Part shown: positions 38,531 to 51,004 of the stretch, in pieces
Position numbering within the stretch: position 1 is the first letter of the stretch
Layout of the letters: the number at the start of each line of letters is the position of its first letter
Assembly (NCBI RefSeq): GCF_006345805.1
Contig: NC_043006.1
Coordinates: 35,464,001 to 35,528,000, forward strand
DNA length: 64,000 bases
From: Octopus sinensis
Taxonomy: Eukaryota
Reading direction: 5' to 3'
Notes under the pieces: model-generated
Databases searched by the model: none
What the model saw: only the letters and a program-made list of their open reading frames with translations
Told to the model about the DNA's origin: nothing
Made by a program: the position numbers and the translations under genes

Positions 38531-38716
38531 GCACATTTGTATATAGTCATGGAGGCAAGCGATTGAGAAAATCTGTGGAGCGTCAAACAAACTGATTTTG
38601 CAATATTGGAGATCAAATGACGTTTGAGTTAACTTGTTGATTGAATAACCCTGTGATTGATAAATATTGATGAAATACAAGATCCATAATTGTGTTGTCA
38701 ATGAGACAAATCCTGT

Positions 38717-38968
38717 CTAATGTACACTCATAACTCCTCCAATAAGAATGCATATCTTTCTCTGAGTGTGTGTGAGTACCGCCAGCGATTTTTTTCCTCT
38801 GTCTTCCCTTCTCGGGATCTTTCCTTCTCCTATGTTTCCGACGAAGAGTTCCGCTCGAAACGCTAGACCCTCCTTCTTCCTTCTTTCCTGAGCGCCCAAT
38901 AATACGTTATTTGTCCCACGCCTCGCGTTGCTGTGTTTTTTTTTGTTTTCTTGTTTGGATTAACTTTA
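38717..38968 (+). mobile_element. Family C2 element with hammerhead-like motif at 38834-38868
   Basis: GUUU-CCGACGA-A-GAGU(ucc)GCUC-GAAAC-GCU-AGAC; homologous to 53034-53228; ends at (TA)n. Confidence 0.75.
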
Positions 38969-39030
38969 TATATATATATATAATATATAATATATGTTAT
39001 ATATATATATTATATAGTTATATATATATG

Positions 39031-39078
<48 letters not shown>

Positions 39079-39351
39079 ATGATGTATATATATATTATAT
39101 ATATATAATATATATATATGTATGTATATATATATATATAATATATATATATGTATGTATATAATACATATATATATATATGTATGTATATATCTATATA
39201 TGTATATATATATATATATGTTATTTTATGTATATATATGTATAATATATATGTATTATATATATACATTATATATGTATATATATATGTATGTATGTAT
39301 GTATTATATGTATATGTAACCCATCTGTGTTATTGTTTGTATATATGTATA

Positions 39352-39637
39352 TCTTTCACTTGTTTCAGTCACCTGACTGCAGCTATTCTGGTGCACAACC
39401 TTCAGTCGAACAAATCGACACCAGCAATTTAGAGCCTAGTGCGTATTCTATCGTACACTTTGGCGCATTGCTAGGTTACTGGGATGTAAACGCATCAATA
39501 TCTTGTCAATCTACGCGCAAAACTTAGGCTGATTCTAGGCTGTTGTAGAAGATACTTGCGTAAGCTTCCGTGCAATGGGATTGAACCTAGAATCATGTGG
39601 CTGGGAAGAAAGTTTCTAACTCACCACCGCGCCTGTA
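39352..39637 (-). mobile_element. Family C SINE, degraded and internally deleted
   Basis: ttgtttcagtcacctgactgcagc..gattgaacctagaatcatgtgg. Confidence 0.8.
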
Positions 39638-39949
39638 CTATTTGTTTGATTTTCTTGTGTGTGTGTGTGTGTGTGTGTGTACTCCAGCAGCATGACAAGT
39701 TCAAAGAAGTAGCCATGTTCAGCTACTTAGTATAAAGACATGAAAGATAAATCTGTGTATAAACATTTAATCCATGATCGTTTGTCTCACGGAATACATT
39801 TTTTCCAAAGTAGCGATTAAGGATTAAATATTTATACATACATGTATAACATACATATATGTGTATATACAACTATGTACATACATATGCATAAGTGTGC
39901 ATGTATGTGTGTTTGTTTGTGTGTGTCTGCGTGTGTGTGTGTATGTGAA

Positions 39950-40217
39950 GGCAAGTGGGTTAGTGATTAGGCATGTTGTAATCACGAACGGGAAATCGTG
40001 GATTCGATCCCATGAACGGAATCGCGCTGTGTTCTTAAGCAAAACCTTTCATTAAGCGTTACTCCAGTCCACTCACTTGTAAATGGCTCACCCTTGACAA
40101 GGTCGAGCCTTGTGATCAGGTGGAATGTTGGCCTACTCGCCTATCCAGCGGGTTGGCACAGTTCGAAAGCTAAACCGATGCAACGAGCATAAAGACCGGC
40201 GATATATAACGACGTCC
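39950..40217 (+). mobile_element. Family M-type SINE with a variant 3' region
   Basis: gtgggttagtgattagg..ttcgatccc..gtgttcttaagcaaaac..ctccagtccactca. Confidence 0.7.
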
Positions 40218-40239
40218 TATATATATAGAGAGAGAGACA

Positions 40240-40364
40240 TGCGAGAGGTCCCGGGTTCGAATCCCGGACGAGCCCCACTGTTTTGCTTCGTATTATGAAT
40301 GGCGGTGCCCCAGCATTTCCACAGCTCGTGAGCTGAAACTAGATAAGATAAGATAGGATAAGAT
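40240..40364 (+). pseudogene. tRNA-Pro 3' half fused to the LINE/SINE-type 3' tail with a (GATAA)n end
   Basis: tgcgagaggtcccgggttcgaatcccggacgagccc matches the recalled animal tRNA-Pro 3' half; then ggcggtgccccagcatttccacagctcgtgagctgaaactagataagataag. Confidence 0.8.
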
Positions 40365-40423
40365 GCATACATACATACATGCATACATATATGCATACGT
40401 ATATACATTCATACATACATATA

Positions 40424-40608
40424 TAGTAATCCCTCGCCATATCGCGGTTCACCTATCGCGTACTCAGTACATCGCGTTTCGCCTATCGTACTATATGGCG
40501 GGTTCCTCAGTATATCGCGGGTTTCTGTAGCCGATAGGTATTTATATTTTGGGGGATTTTAATTTTTTCTATGGGAAAGTAACAACCGCAATAATCGAGT
40601 GATTGCTG
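40424..40608. mobile_element. pogo/Tigger-like MITE
   Basis: TIRs tagtaatccctcgccatatcgcggtt / aaccgcaataatcgagtgattgctg, TA flanks, internal tatcgcg subrepeats. Confidence 0.7.
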
Positions 40609-40674
40609 TATATATACATACGTGTGTGAGTTAACACACACACACACACATACATACATACATACATACATACA

Positions 40675-40708
<34 letters not shown>

Positions 40709-41226
40709 AGCTGGTCACACAGTCGGTGCACACGTGTATATATAAATATATATATTTATATATGTGTGTGTATATATATATATGTAAAAATATGCATGTG
40801 TATGTTGAAAGTCAACTCCCCTCCCCACCATATATATATATACTTATACATAAGCACATGCTCGGGTGTGAGTGCGCATGAGCATGTTTGTCTAATCTGC
40901 CTGAACAGTTCGAAAGCAATCGGACATCCTGCCTTTTGAGGGCAGGCTGTACTACGATAACTGTTACTTGATTCAAAGCCACAACACACACTCCAAATCC
41001 AACATGGCCGACAGCAAGCGACTATTAGGTTTCTAGTGTGCAGCGTGTAATCCTTCTTTACAACGTTTACATTCAATAGACACTGGACACAGTTAATACA
41101 ATGGTCTATTGACCCGTTTTATGTTATTGTATGATGAAACAGGTATGAACAATGCATGTCTGTAGGTGCTTGTCTGTATGTGTGTGTGTGTGTTTGTGTG
41201 CGTGCGTGTGTGTCTGTGTGTTTGTG

Positions 41227-41268
<42 letters not shown>

Positions 41269-41447
41269 GTCCGTGCGTATGTGCATGTGGCAGAAAACTT
41301 CATTGTTATGCCAATTGACTGAAGCTCACCGGTCAGATTGCATATCAAAAATAATCGGTCAATATATACACATACATACATATGTGTGTGTATATTTGTA
41401 TACGTATATATATATATATATTATATATATATATATATATATTAATA

Positions 41448-41479
<32 letters not shown>

Positions 41480-41646
41480 TACATATAAGTGTATATATAT
41501 CATATGATTATATATATAATATATTATTATATATATATATATATATCTGTATATATGAATGAATCACTCACGCCCTCTATATATGTATGTTAGTATGTTT
41601 ATATATATATATATAGAGAGAGAGAAGAGAGATAGAGAGAGAGATT

Positions 41647-41685
<39 letters not shown>

Positions 41686-41686
41686 T

Positions 41687-41724
<38 letters not shown>

Positions 41725-41949
41725 AAGATAGATAGATAAATAAACGCATTGGTACGAAGTGGTAGGCTAGTGAGTCACTATTGCTCCAGTGCCTGTGAAA
41801 AGAAAAATAACGTATTAAACATCACCAATTATGCAATAAATACTTAATATGTTTTCAATGTACAAACAAGGTATAGCAAGAAATTTTGAGGGAAATTTTA
41901 TGTGGTTAGATTTTAGTTTATAGTGTCTATATTGTGAGAAACCAAGAAA

Positions 41950-42110
41950 TGTGAATGCATCTTGTTGTCTTTGCACACAGAATACTAAGAAGGCTTTTGT
42001 GGCGTGCTTTACACAAAGCACCTTCAGAAGATAGAAGCCCACCACTCTTCGGTCCATCGAGAGAATTTCATAACGATTGCTTAGTGAACATGATGGAAAC
42101 TATTACCTTG
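41950..42110 (+). pseudogene. Possible mariner transposase relic
   Basis: Fragments APSE..PLFGPSREF and EHDGNY resemble APSDxHLFGxLxE and CIExDGxY. Confidence 0.35.
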
Positions 42111-42225
42111 CTGAAATGGTATGACTAAGTTTGCATATCATCCACTCAACGGTGCTAGTGTTTAGATCAAAAGCTGAAACCTGAATAATGAATATTGTAT
42201 GCGGATCATGTATGTGTGTGTGTGT

Positions 42226-42279
<54 letters not shown>

Positions 42280-44329
42280 AGATAGTGCTAAAGTAGATGA
42301 AATCAATCATCGAACGATATAAGTTCTGTAAATTTCACGAAAGCATCAATCTGAGATAAGTGTTGGCCTGCCTTGTCGGAAGATCTTTTTTCAACCGATG
42401 ATTGATTGGTTGATTGATTGATTGGTTTTTTTTATCCCATCGTGGTGCTATTAGAGTGTTAATTCATTTATCGAGTATACGTGAATAAGTGTGAGTGTGC
42501 ACGCGTGTGTGTGCAGATATATGGGCTTCTGTGTAAAAATCATTCGTAGAGATGGCCATATATTTTGTACTACAGCGTCGAGCATCTTTTCAAATGAATG
42601 AGCTACTTGCTTCGGTGAACGGAAATTGTATTTAAAGATAAGAAATTATAAAAGCATGAGCTTATATTGAATAGATTAAGAAGATAAAGCAATGTAACAT
42701 TACACTAAAGGGAGAAATTAAGATTGGTAAAGGGATTGAAGTTAAAAAATAGAATCATGTAGTACAGTGAAATTTTGAATCGATCTAGATACAGAAATGA
42801 AGGAAGAATTCTTTTATGTAACGGTTAAGAGTGTTCGGATGTAGTGAGTGCTCAAGCTGGGGGTGAAAACAGAAAAGAGAAAAAAGACAAACTAAGGTGG
42901 GGAGAAGAAGAAGGAAAAGAATTCAGTGAAGGAGGATGTTGAATATAGAAGCTTAGTACTTAACATTTCGCAGAAATTTCACAGGAAAGGTTGGTGCCAG
43001 GTGAGTAAAACCATGGAATATAAATTTATAAAACCGACTTGTTCCACTTGTACGATTTGAAGGATTTTTTTTCTGTTGCTCAAACAAAACAGAGTGCGCA
43101 AGTGCTACGGTGTCCTTTCGTTACGATGCAAAACATTGATTCCAAAGGAGTAAGCTTCTGAAGCCGACGTGTTCCCCTCGAAGAAGGTTTTTTTTCCTAT
43201 TGGGTGTGGACTGCACAAGTAATTTGGAGCACTTTCTTTACAACACCAAATTCTTTTCAGATCAAATTAACTTTGGTCGTTGAGATTTGTCCTCTATTTT
43301 AAGAGAATCGAGTGGCAGCATAGAGGCCTTCTTAGTGTTTATGCATGGAGTAAATACGATCTGAATCTCTGCGATAATACGGGACTTTTCTCTTACTATA
43401 ATTTCCTGTCAGATGAACTGAAGCAATAAAAATAACTTTTGACTTGCTATTTCATAACCAAAGAGAAATTTTTGGTGAGAGAATTCACAAACACTTCCAT
43501 GCCAATTTAATGTGTTCCGTTCATGAAGGGCGATATATTGGCAGAACTGGTGTAGAGCACATTAACCGCTTTTGAGGTATTAGTTGCTTAACTTTTGATC
43601 TCCTATACTTTATTATATCTTTCAACAGTTAATGGTATAAACACAAGTTGAGTAATGAAGATGGATCCCGTTGGCTTTCCACATTCCCTATATTTAAGGC
43701 CTTGTGCCAATATCAGGAATCAATATGTTATTACTTGCCTTATTGAGAAAACATAATTGTAAATACTGGCATTGCCTGAGGTCCACCCAATCCATGGGAA
43801 TGAAATTGCAACGCGGAAAATGCATAGGGGTTTGTCGGATGATTTGTTCTTCACAATGAGAAATGGATTACAAATGCTAATGAAGTTTGAAACGCACAAT
43901 AGCTCTGAAGGGAATTGGAAGAGAACTAAACACTGTGCTTTTCAAATTCCGAAGTTTGTAATGTACCGTATTTGATTCTCTGTAGGGGCTTACTGCCCTC
44001 TTTTCCCACATTCTAAGGGCACTTACCCGATCTTCTACGCTGTTTTCTTGGTATTCTGCTTTAAATTTCGTTATTAATCTGAAAAAATATAGCCTTGTCA
44101 CGTTGATTCTACCTGTGAATACTCTGTCAATTAAGCATTTAGCTCAGTTCATTGAACACCATGGTTAAAAATGTTTGTGTGTGTGTAGATGTGTGTGAGC
44201 GCGCGTAAATGTGTGTGTGTTTGTTTGTATATATATCTATGCATTTATAGATGTATAGACTTATCATGCTTTAGTCGACACAAAACGATTCATCACATGA
44301 TTTATTTATAGAGATCAAATATTTGTGCT

Positions 44330-44532
44330 GCTTATTGGCTTTATGTTCTGCATCAACTGGTGGGCATTGTTTGTACAGGAGAACGGTGTGCCACACTTAA
44401 GCTGTGGATGTGATCGCAGAGCAACGTGATATGAAATGATTTGCTGAAGAACAAAACGCACCACCCGACCAGCGATTTGAAACCAAGGTAATGCGATCAT
44501 GAGTGCAGCACCCTAACTACTACACCACGCGA
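44330..44532 (-). mobile_element. Family M SINE, degraded
   Basis: gcgatcatgagtgcagcaccctaactactacaccacg is the reverse complement of the tRNA-like head. Confidence 0.65.
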
Positions 44533-44804
44533 TGTCATACGTGTGTGTATGTGTGTATGATTGTGTGTACGTGTGTATATGTATGTGTGTATGCCTATAA
44601 AATAGCAATTTAGACCTGACAAACAAATGATCTCGTTCTACTGGGTCTCTTACTGTCATAATACACTATACAGCCTACCAAATTTCGGATTGAGTCTATA
44701 TTTTAACTCTTTTCTCAGATGTTTAGTGGGCATCTTCCATTTGTTAATATGTATAATTTTATACTTTGTATATGTGTATCATATATACATAGACACGGAA
44801 CCTT

Positions 44805-44973
44805 TTTTTTCTATTCTCTCTCTGTTTAGTTTCTTGTGTTCCTTTCTGTTGAAGAGCCTAGGCTCGAAACGTAAAAGACTTTTTCACCTTCCCGAACGTT
44901 AAACTAATACATCTGTTTGTTGTTTACACATCCGTCTTCGTTTGATGTATTTCTTTTTAGTAAATTCCAACAT
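44805..44973 (+). mobile_element. Family B element, best-preserved hammerhead-like motif (44842-44877)
   Basis: CUUU-CUGUUGA-A-GAGC(cuag)GCUC-GAAAC-GUA-AAAG; 3' end at a (TA)-rich tract. Confidence 0.8.
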
Positions 44974-44993
44974 CATATATGTATATACATACA

Positions 44994-45040
<47 letters not shown>

Positions 45041-45557
45041 TATATATATAGTATAGTTGTGGGTATGTATGCAGCTGTGTATGTAATAAAAAGATCGGTA
45101 AAGTCATGAATACTCTATAACTTTGCAAAAGTTGGCTTAACGCCTACCACAAAGAGAATCCTGATTCTTCTAGCAACAGTAACTTATATATTAAAAGAAG
45201 CAGCAGCGCGTAATATTAGTGTAGTTCTTGTTGCAGTTGTCATCGTCGTCGTCGTTGTCTCTGTCACCATTATTGTATGGTTGATCACTATCACCATCAT
45301 CATCATCATAACAGCCAATATCCATAACATCGTCATTATTTTTTTTCCCGTATATTTCCATCCAAACATGGCAAGTCTGGAGGGGCTATTTTCCAAATAC
45401 TATTTCCCAACGTTTTGTTGTGCAAGTTAATAAAAGGAAAGTGGACTCTTTGAGGTTTAACGTCAAAATAATTGGATTTTGTGCTAACGGTTAGCTGGCG
45501 ATAAATCACACAGATATAATGCAACAATATATGTTTCAAGTTATATGAACAAGCGTC

Positions 45558-45604
<47 letters not shown>

Positions 45605-45610
45605 ATATGT

Positions 45611-45642
<32 letters not shown>

Positions 45643-45755
45643 GATATATATATTTATAATTCATATCGATATATATATAAATATATGTCTGAAAATTACT
45701 TTATATATATATATAATGTATTTACATATATAGATATATAGTATATGAATAATAA

Positions 45756-45796
<41 letters not shown>

Positions 45797-46227
45797 GTAT
45801 GCATATATATACGAATAAAATATATATGTATATATATATATATACATATATATATACGAATAAAAATACATGCATATACACATATATCTATATACAAACA
45901 TACATACATACATAATATATATATGTATGAATGTATGATTGTAGCTTTGTTTTGTGTGGTTCTTGAAAACATATTAAGCTTACATACATTTCTATACATC
46001 TGGTGAGATTCATCCATCACATATAACTGCATGTGTGCAGAATATACTCTCATAAAAAATCATGTAGAAATAGGTTACATATACAGCAAGACGCAAGAAA
46101 GACATACTCCAACACATCTCAACGAAGAGCAACAGAGAAAAGCCGTATTGTGTACACAAGCAGCTCTATATTTCTAAAGCATTTTCATTTTGATGAATAT
46201 ATATATATATATATATAATATATAATA

Positions 46228-46286
<59 letters not shown>

Positions 46287-46288
<2 letters not shown>

Positions 46289-46824
46289 AATAATAAAAGG
46301 GTAAAATTAATTATTTATTAATTAATTTCACCAAGTAGTGTTCAGTATGTAAAAGACCATTCAAGGTATATTTAAAATATTACGTTATATAATTAGGGCT
46401 CAGTAAAATGATTTACTTTACCACACACTGAAACATTTAGAAATGGCAGCCAAAAAGTTTTTTTAGCCATTTCTTCTACTATAAGAAAAATCTCCCATAC
46501 AGTGTTTACTAAAAAATAATTCACGTAGATATGGAGGGGAAAATAACAAAATATCACATGTACAAAGATCATTTGAGAACGTTACGTTTCTGGATTAGTT
46601 GAATTTGAAACTCAAAATTTCCTTCGTCAGCTCAACATTTCTTAATTTGGATTTGAAAGCACCAAAAATCGAACATACCCATCTGATATGAATAATCTCA
46701 GACAAACCATCTCCAGATTTTTCTTATACTAGAAGAAATGGCTAAAAAAACGTTTTGGCTGCTATTTCTAAAAGTTTCGTGTGTGGTAAAGTAAATTATT
46801 CCACTGAGCCCTAATTATATAACG

Positions 46825-46830
<6 letters not shown>
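46287..46830 (-). mobile_element. Family E fold-back element with hammerhead at 46573-46635
   Basis: Inverted arms 46377-46493 / 46715-46830; minus strand UUGAG-CUGACGA-AGGA..UUGAGUUU-C-AAAUUCAA..UCCA-GAAAC-GUAAC-GUU-CUCAA; (TA)n on both sides. Confidence 0.8.
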
Positions 46831-46873
<43 letters not shown>

Positions 46874-47004
46874 ATATATAATATATATATATATCTGTGT
46901 ATATTTGGCATGTATGTATGTATGTATGTATATATATATATTATAATATATATATATATGTATGGATATATATATATATATAATATATATATATATTATT
47001 ATAA

Positions 47005-47625
47005 TATTAGGGAGTAAATCCAAACTTACAGGAAAAATTAGATTTAGGATTAAATCCAAATTCACAGTATAAATATAAATTAAATTAGAGATAAAACCAC
47101 TATTAGGCAAATCAAACAATGAAAAACATAATCCAAAACATAATAAACATAATTAATATAATATACAAAATATATAAAATATAAAATTTAAAATTTAAAT
47201 AAAATTTAAAAGATATTATTTAAAAATATTAAAAAATATAAAAATTTATAAATATAAATTTTAAAAATTTAAATAATTTAAATTTTTAATTTTATATCTT
47301 ATATATTTTGTATATTATATTAATCATGTTTATTTTTATGTTTTTCATTGTTTGATTTGCCTAATAGTTAAGTTAAGTTAAGTTAAGTTAAATTTTGGGC
47401 TCAAAAAGCAAAAAGCAAGGCTATTTAGGGGGACATGGTGTTATGTACAAGGAGGATGTTCGTGCAAAGGCCATTTTTGGTCAAGAGAGACGTTGAACCG
47501 AGCAGGCGTCGGCATCTTCACTATCTCGTCCGGCAGCTTATTCCACGGATCCGCAACCCGGACGGAGAAAGCCCCTGTCCTTCGATTGGTGGTTTAATAG
47601 TGGTTTTATCTCTAATTTAATTTAT
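47005..47625. repeat. AT-rich fold-back element between (TA)n tracts; right arm interrupted by a CR1 insertion
   Basis: ataaattaaattagagataaaaccactattaggcaaatcaaacaatgaaaaacataa.. is reverse-complemented at ~47288-47368 plus 47602-47625. Confidence 0.8.
47369..47594 (-). mobile_element. 5'-truncated CR1-clade LINE with (TAACT)n tail and 7-bp TSD
   Basis: Minus-strand translation NRRTGAFSVRVADPWNKLPDEIVKMPTPARFNVSLDQKWP (CR1 FSxRVxxxWNxLP); TSD taatagt at 47362-47368 and 47595-47601. Confidence 0.88.
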
Positions 47626-47864
47626 ATATATATATATATATGAATAAAGGAAAAGAATGACTTCACTAGAAGTTCTGATCAGTTTAAATATTTTTTAATT
47701 CATATTATGAAAAAATTAAAAGAATAATTAATTAAATTGATGAGAACTACCACTGAAGTCCTTCTGGTTCCTTTTTCAAATATGCCGAACTCTACCTAGG
47801 ATCCCATACGTTTTCCAATATATATATACTATGCATGATTGACCGCTAACTCCAAAAGTTATCT

Positions 47865-47991
47865 TTTTCATTCCCTCTCTGTTTATTTCATCGTGTTCCT
47901 TTCTGTTGACCCATCCAAGCGGCAAACTAATACACCTGCTTGTTGTTTATACACCTGTCATCGTCTTTTGTTTTTCTGTAAATTTGAACTA
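47865..47991 (+). mobile_element. Family B element with most of the hammerhead deleted
   Basis: gttcctttctgttga|..aaactaatacacctgcttgttgtttatacacctgtc. Confidence 0.75.
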
Positions 47992-47998
47992 TATATAT

Positions 47999-48039
<41 letters not shown>

Positions 48040-48044
<5 letters not shown>

Positions 48045-48490
48045 TTACATTATAAAAAGGGCTTAGTTAAAAATATTACTTTGCCGCATACTGAACTCAT
48101 TAGAATAGCAGCCAAAAAAAACTTTTTTAAAACTATTTCTAATACTTAAAGAAAACCTCTCTCATATAGTGTTTGCTCAATTCAACTCACGCAAATATGG
48201 GGGTAGAGACATTAAAAAATCAAGTGCAAAGGTTATTTGAGAACGTACGTTTCAAGATTAGTCAAAGTCGACATTTCTATCATCAGCTCAGAACTCCCTG
48301 GTTTGGATTTGAAAACACTGAAAGTGGGAGCATACCCTTTCGGCTTCCTCTCGCTTCTGAAGATCTGCTCGTAACTAACAGTGCCAACAAACTCAAAAAT
48401 GCAAAAATGAATTCGCCTTAAATGGTCCCTTTGCATACTGAATACTTGGTGAAATTGATTAATTAATTAATTTTACCCTCAATTGTTGAA
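48040..48490 (-). mobile_element. Family E element, copy 2, with hammerhead at 48238-48290
   Basis: Minus strand UGAG-CUGAUGA-UAGA..GUCGA-CU-UUGAC..UCUU-GAAAC-GUAC-GUU-CUCA; colinear with 46377-46680; (TA)n on both sides. Confidence 0.8.
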
Positions 48491-48632
48491 ATATATATAT
48501 ATATACGAGACGAAAGTGTACGTACGCCGCTATACATACATATATATATAATACAAAATGGGACAAGAACGCAAAACATCCAGACAGTTAGGTGATTATA
48601 TTATATATATATATATATATATAATATATATA

Positions 48633-48721
<89 letters not shown>

Positions 48722-49039
48722 GTATGTATATATATATACATAAATAAAGAGAGCAAGAGTGATGGAAATCGAAAGCCGTCCAAGAACAAGTATAAGCATA
48801 TATTTTTTGTGTACGTATATGTATTCGCGGCCGCTTTTGTGTTTGTCAAAAAGCAGCTGAGAAACGCTGTTACTTTGTTGACGTCCTCGTAATGCAGTTT
48901 CTAGATTTCTTTCTCCTACTCAAGCATCCCTTAGATACCGATGACCCAACCACGTGCACTAAATTACATGCTACCAATAGCACTCACGATCAACCAGTTA
49001 AGCATAAGCACTTATATGAATTTAAGTGAAGATTTTGAT

Positions 49040-49592
49040 TGCACTGTGTGCAGGATAATATATAAAGGAACATGCCAAGAATATAGGGTCTCCGTGATAT
49101 GTGAGCCTTTTATCATTCGGAATGTGCGAAACTCGAAGTGGTGTGCCATTGGCTCTTGGGAATACAGGAACACCAATGTGCCATATTGTTTCCTTGCAGA
49201 CGACCGGATGCTGTATGATAGAAATACAGCAAATATGAAGAAGGTGCCTTGACCAGTTGATACTATTGCCTGAGGATATACAGATGGGGTGTGGGCAAGA
49301 TAAATGGCATTACGTGATTGTAACACAAAGAAAGTTGATTAATCAATCTAGCAATATATGTGTCTATGATCTGATCGTTTCTCTGATCTCAGACAAGAAA
49401 GGCTACGAAAGTATATTGTATGATGCACGCATAACAGGGAACACGAGATCAAGAAATGTTACACCATGGTGACATAGCATAATTCCCTAAATACTGTAGA
49501 TTTCGGAATGAGAAGGTTGATCGCAGCAGTTTGGGAGCTGAAGATTTGGCACAGCTGAGTGGACATTTAGCACGTTTGGATGATAGTAGACC
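49040..49592 (+). pseudogene. RTE-type LINE reverse-transcriptase relic
   Basis: RIIYKGTCQEYRVSVICEPFIIRNVR (region before QG), FLADDRML (YADD position) and LSGHLARLDDSRP (WxGHxxRM motif) occur in the expected order. Confidence 0.6.
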
Positions 49593-49640
49593 TTTATTTC
49601 TGAGTACGCAATGCGTGCTCAGAAATAAACGTCTACAACT

Positions 49641-49679
<39 letters not shown>

Positions 49680-50669
49680 CATTACAGAGACATTACATAT
49701 ACAAGTATAGCTTAATGTTCACACACAGAAATAGTGAGTGAGAGAGATAGGGGAGAGGGAGAAGCATAGCAGTTTCTTAATTGAATGCGATTGATATAAA
49801 TTCTTGCCCTTCCCTCATACACATTAAAAAAAATATGTCCAACACACATAAACAACACCAACGAGTGGGGAGTGAGAGAGAGAGGAGTCAGAACTAGAGA
49901 AACATTAAAACGTTACATGAAATAATTTGTAAACCCAAATAAGCATCTCCAAAACGGCTGTGCCATAGAGTCTCACCTTCTATAAGTCTGTGATCAATAA
50001 AGTGATTTTTATAAGCATTTTAAGTATCATCTGCGTTGCAAAATTAGAAGCGAGAAAAGGTCTGGGCTATGGATATTAAAAACGGGAAGGTACAACTCTC
50101 CAACATAAATTTGCACATAAATAGTGACCACCTTTATTCAAAGCAGAAACAAGAAAGCAGAAGTTTGGCATTAATCGGAGCTAACTTTAAATATCGCTTT
50201 ATATATGCTCGGCAACATTTTCAGATTATTATGCCCCGCAGCGCTTTCATCAAATCAGTCTGTATTCATTTGACAAATGGGATTTTCCGTGTCAGAAATA
50301 AGTTCCATGAGAAGCATTTTCGAAACAGACGACAAGTGCTATACACTCAAGAATCTGCGCAGCTCAATACAGAAAGAAGTAATATTATGTTTCTCAGTCT
50401 GAATAATTTCTTACACTTGTATCTAACATGTAAAACATTGTAACTTCTATTAAGAAACGAAACATGTGTAATGGTGAATAAAAAATATCAAAACATTTTC
50501 TAGTTTCTTGTTTTGTAACTCTGCAAATAATATCTAATGAATTTCCAAATATCATATCTACCATTCATCAATGCAACAACAACAGCATTGATTGTAATAC
50601 TGGAGTTTACCAGATGTACTTCAAAAGAACGCAGCTTGGATTTTACCCTATCGATATGATATATATCGA

Positions 50670-50970
50670 ATGGTCGTGTGGTAAGAAGCTTGTTACTCAA
50701 CGACATGGATCCGTAGCATCTTTGGCAAGTTTCTTCTGCTATAGTCTCGGGCTAACCAAAGCTTTTTGAGTGAATTTGGTAGAGGAAACCGAAAGAAGCC
50801 CGTCGTGTATATATATATACATGTATGTATGTATGTATGTATGTATGTATGTATGTATTTGTGTGTTTGTGTTTGTCCTCGCACCGTCGCTTGACAAACG
50901 ATGGTGGTGTGTTTACGTCCCCGTAACTTGGCGGTTCGGCAAAAAGACCGATAGATTGAGTATTAGGATT
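50670..50970 (+). mobile_element. Family C SINE, tail missing
   Basis: gtgtggtaagaagcttg..ggaaaccgaaagaagcccgtcg..gtttacgtccccgtaacttggcggttcggc. Confidence 0.9.
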
Positions 50971-51004
50971 GGAAGCGTATCTGCTAAGAAACTCAAATTT
51001 CAAC

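Noticed and set aside
48941-49252. 103-aa ORF as a host gene
   Set aside because: Better explained as a decayed RTE reverse transcriptase (LADD motif and flanking motifs)
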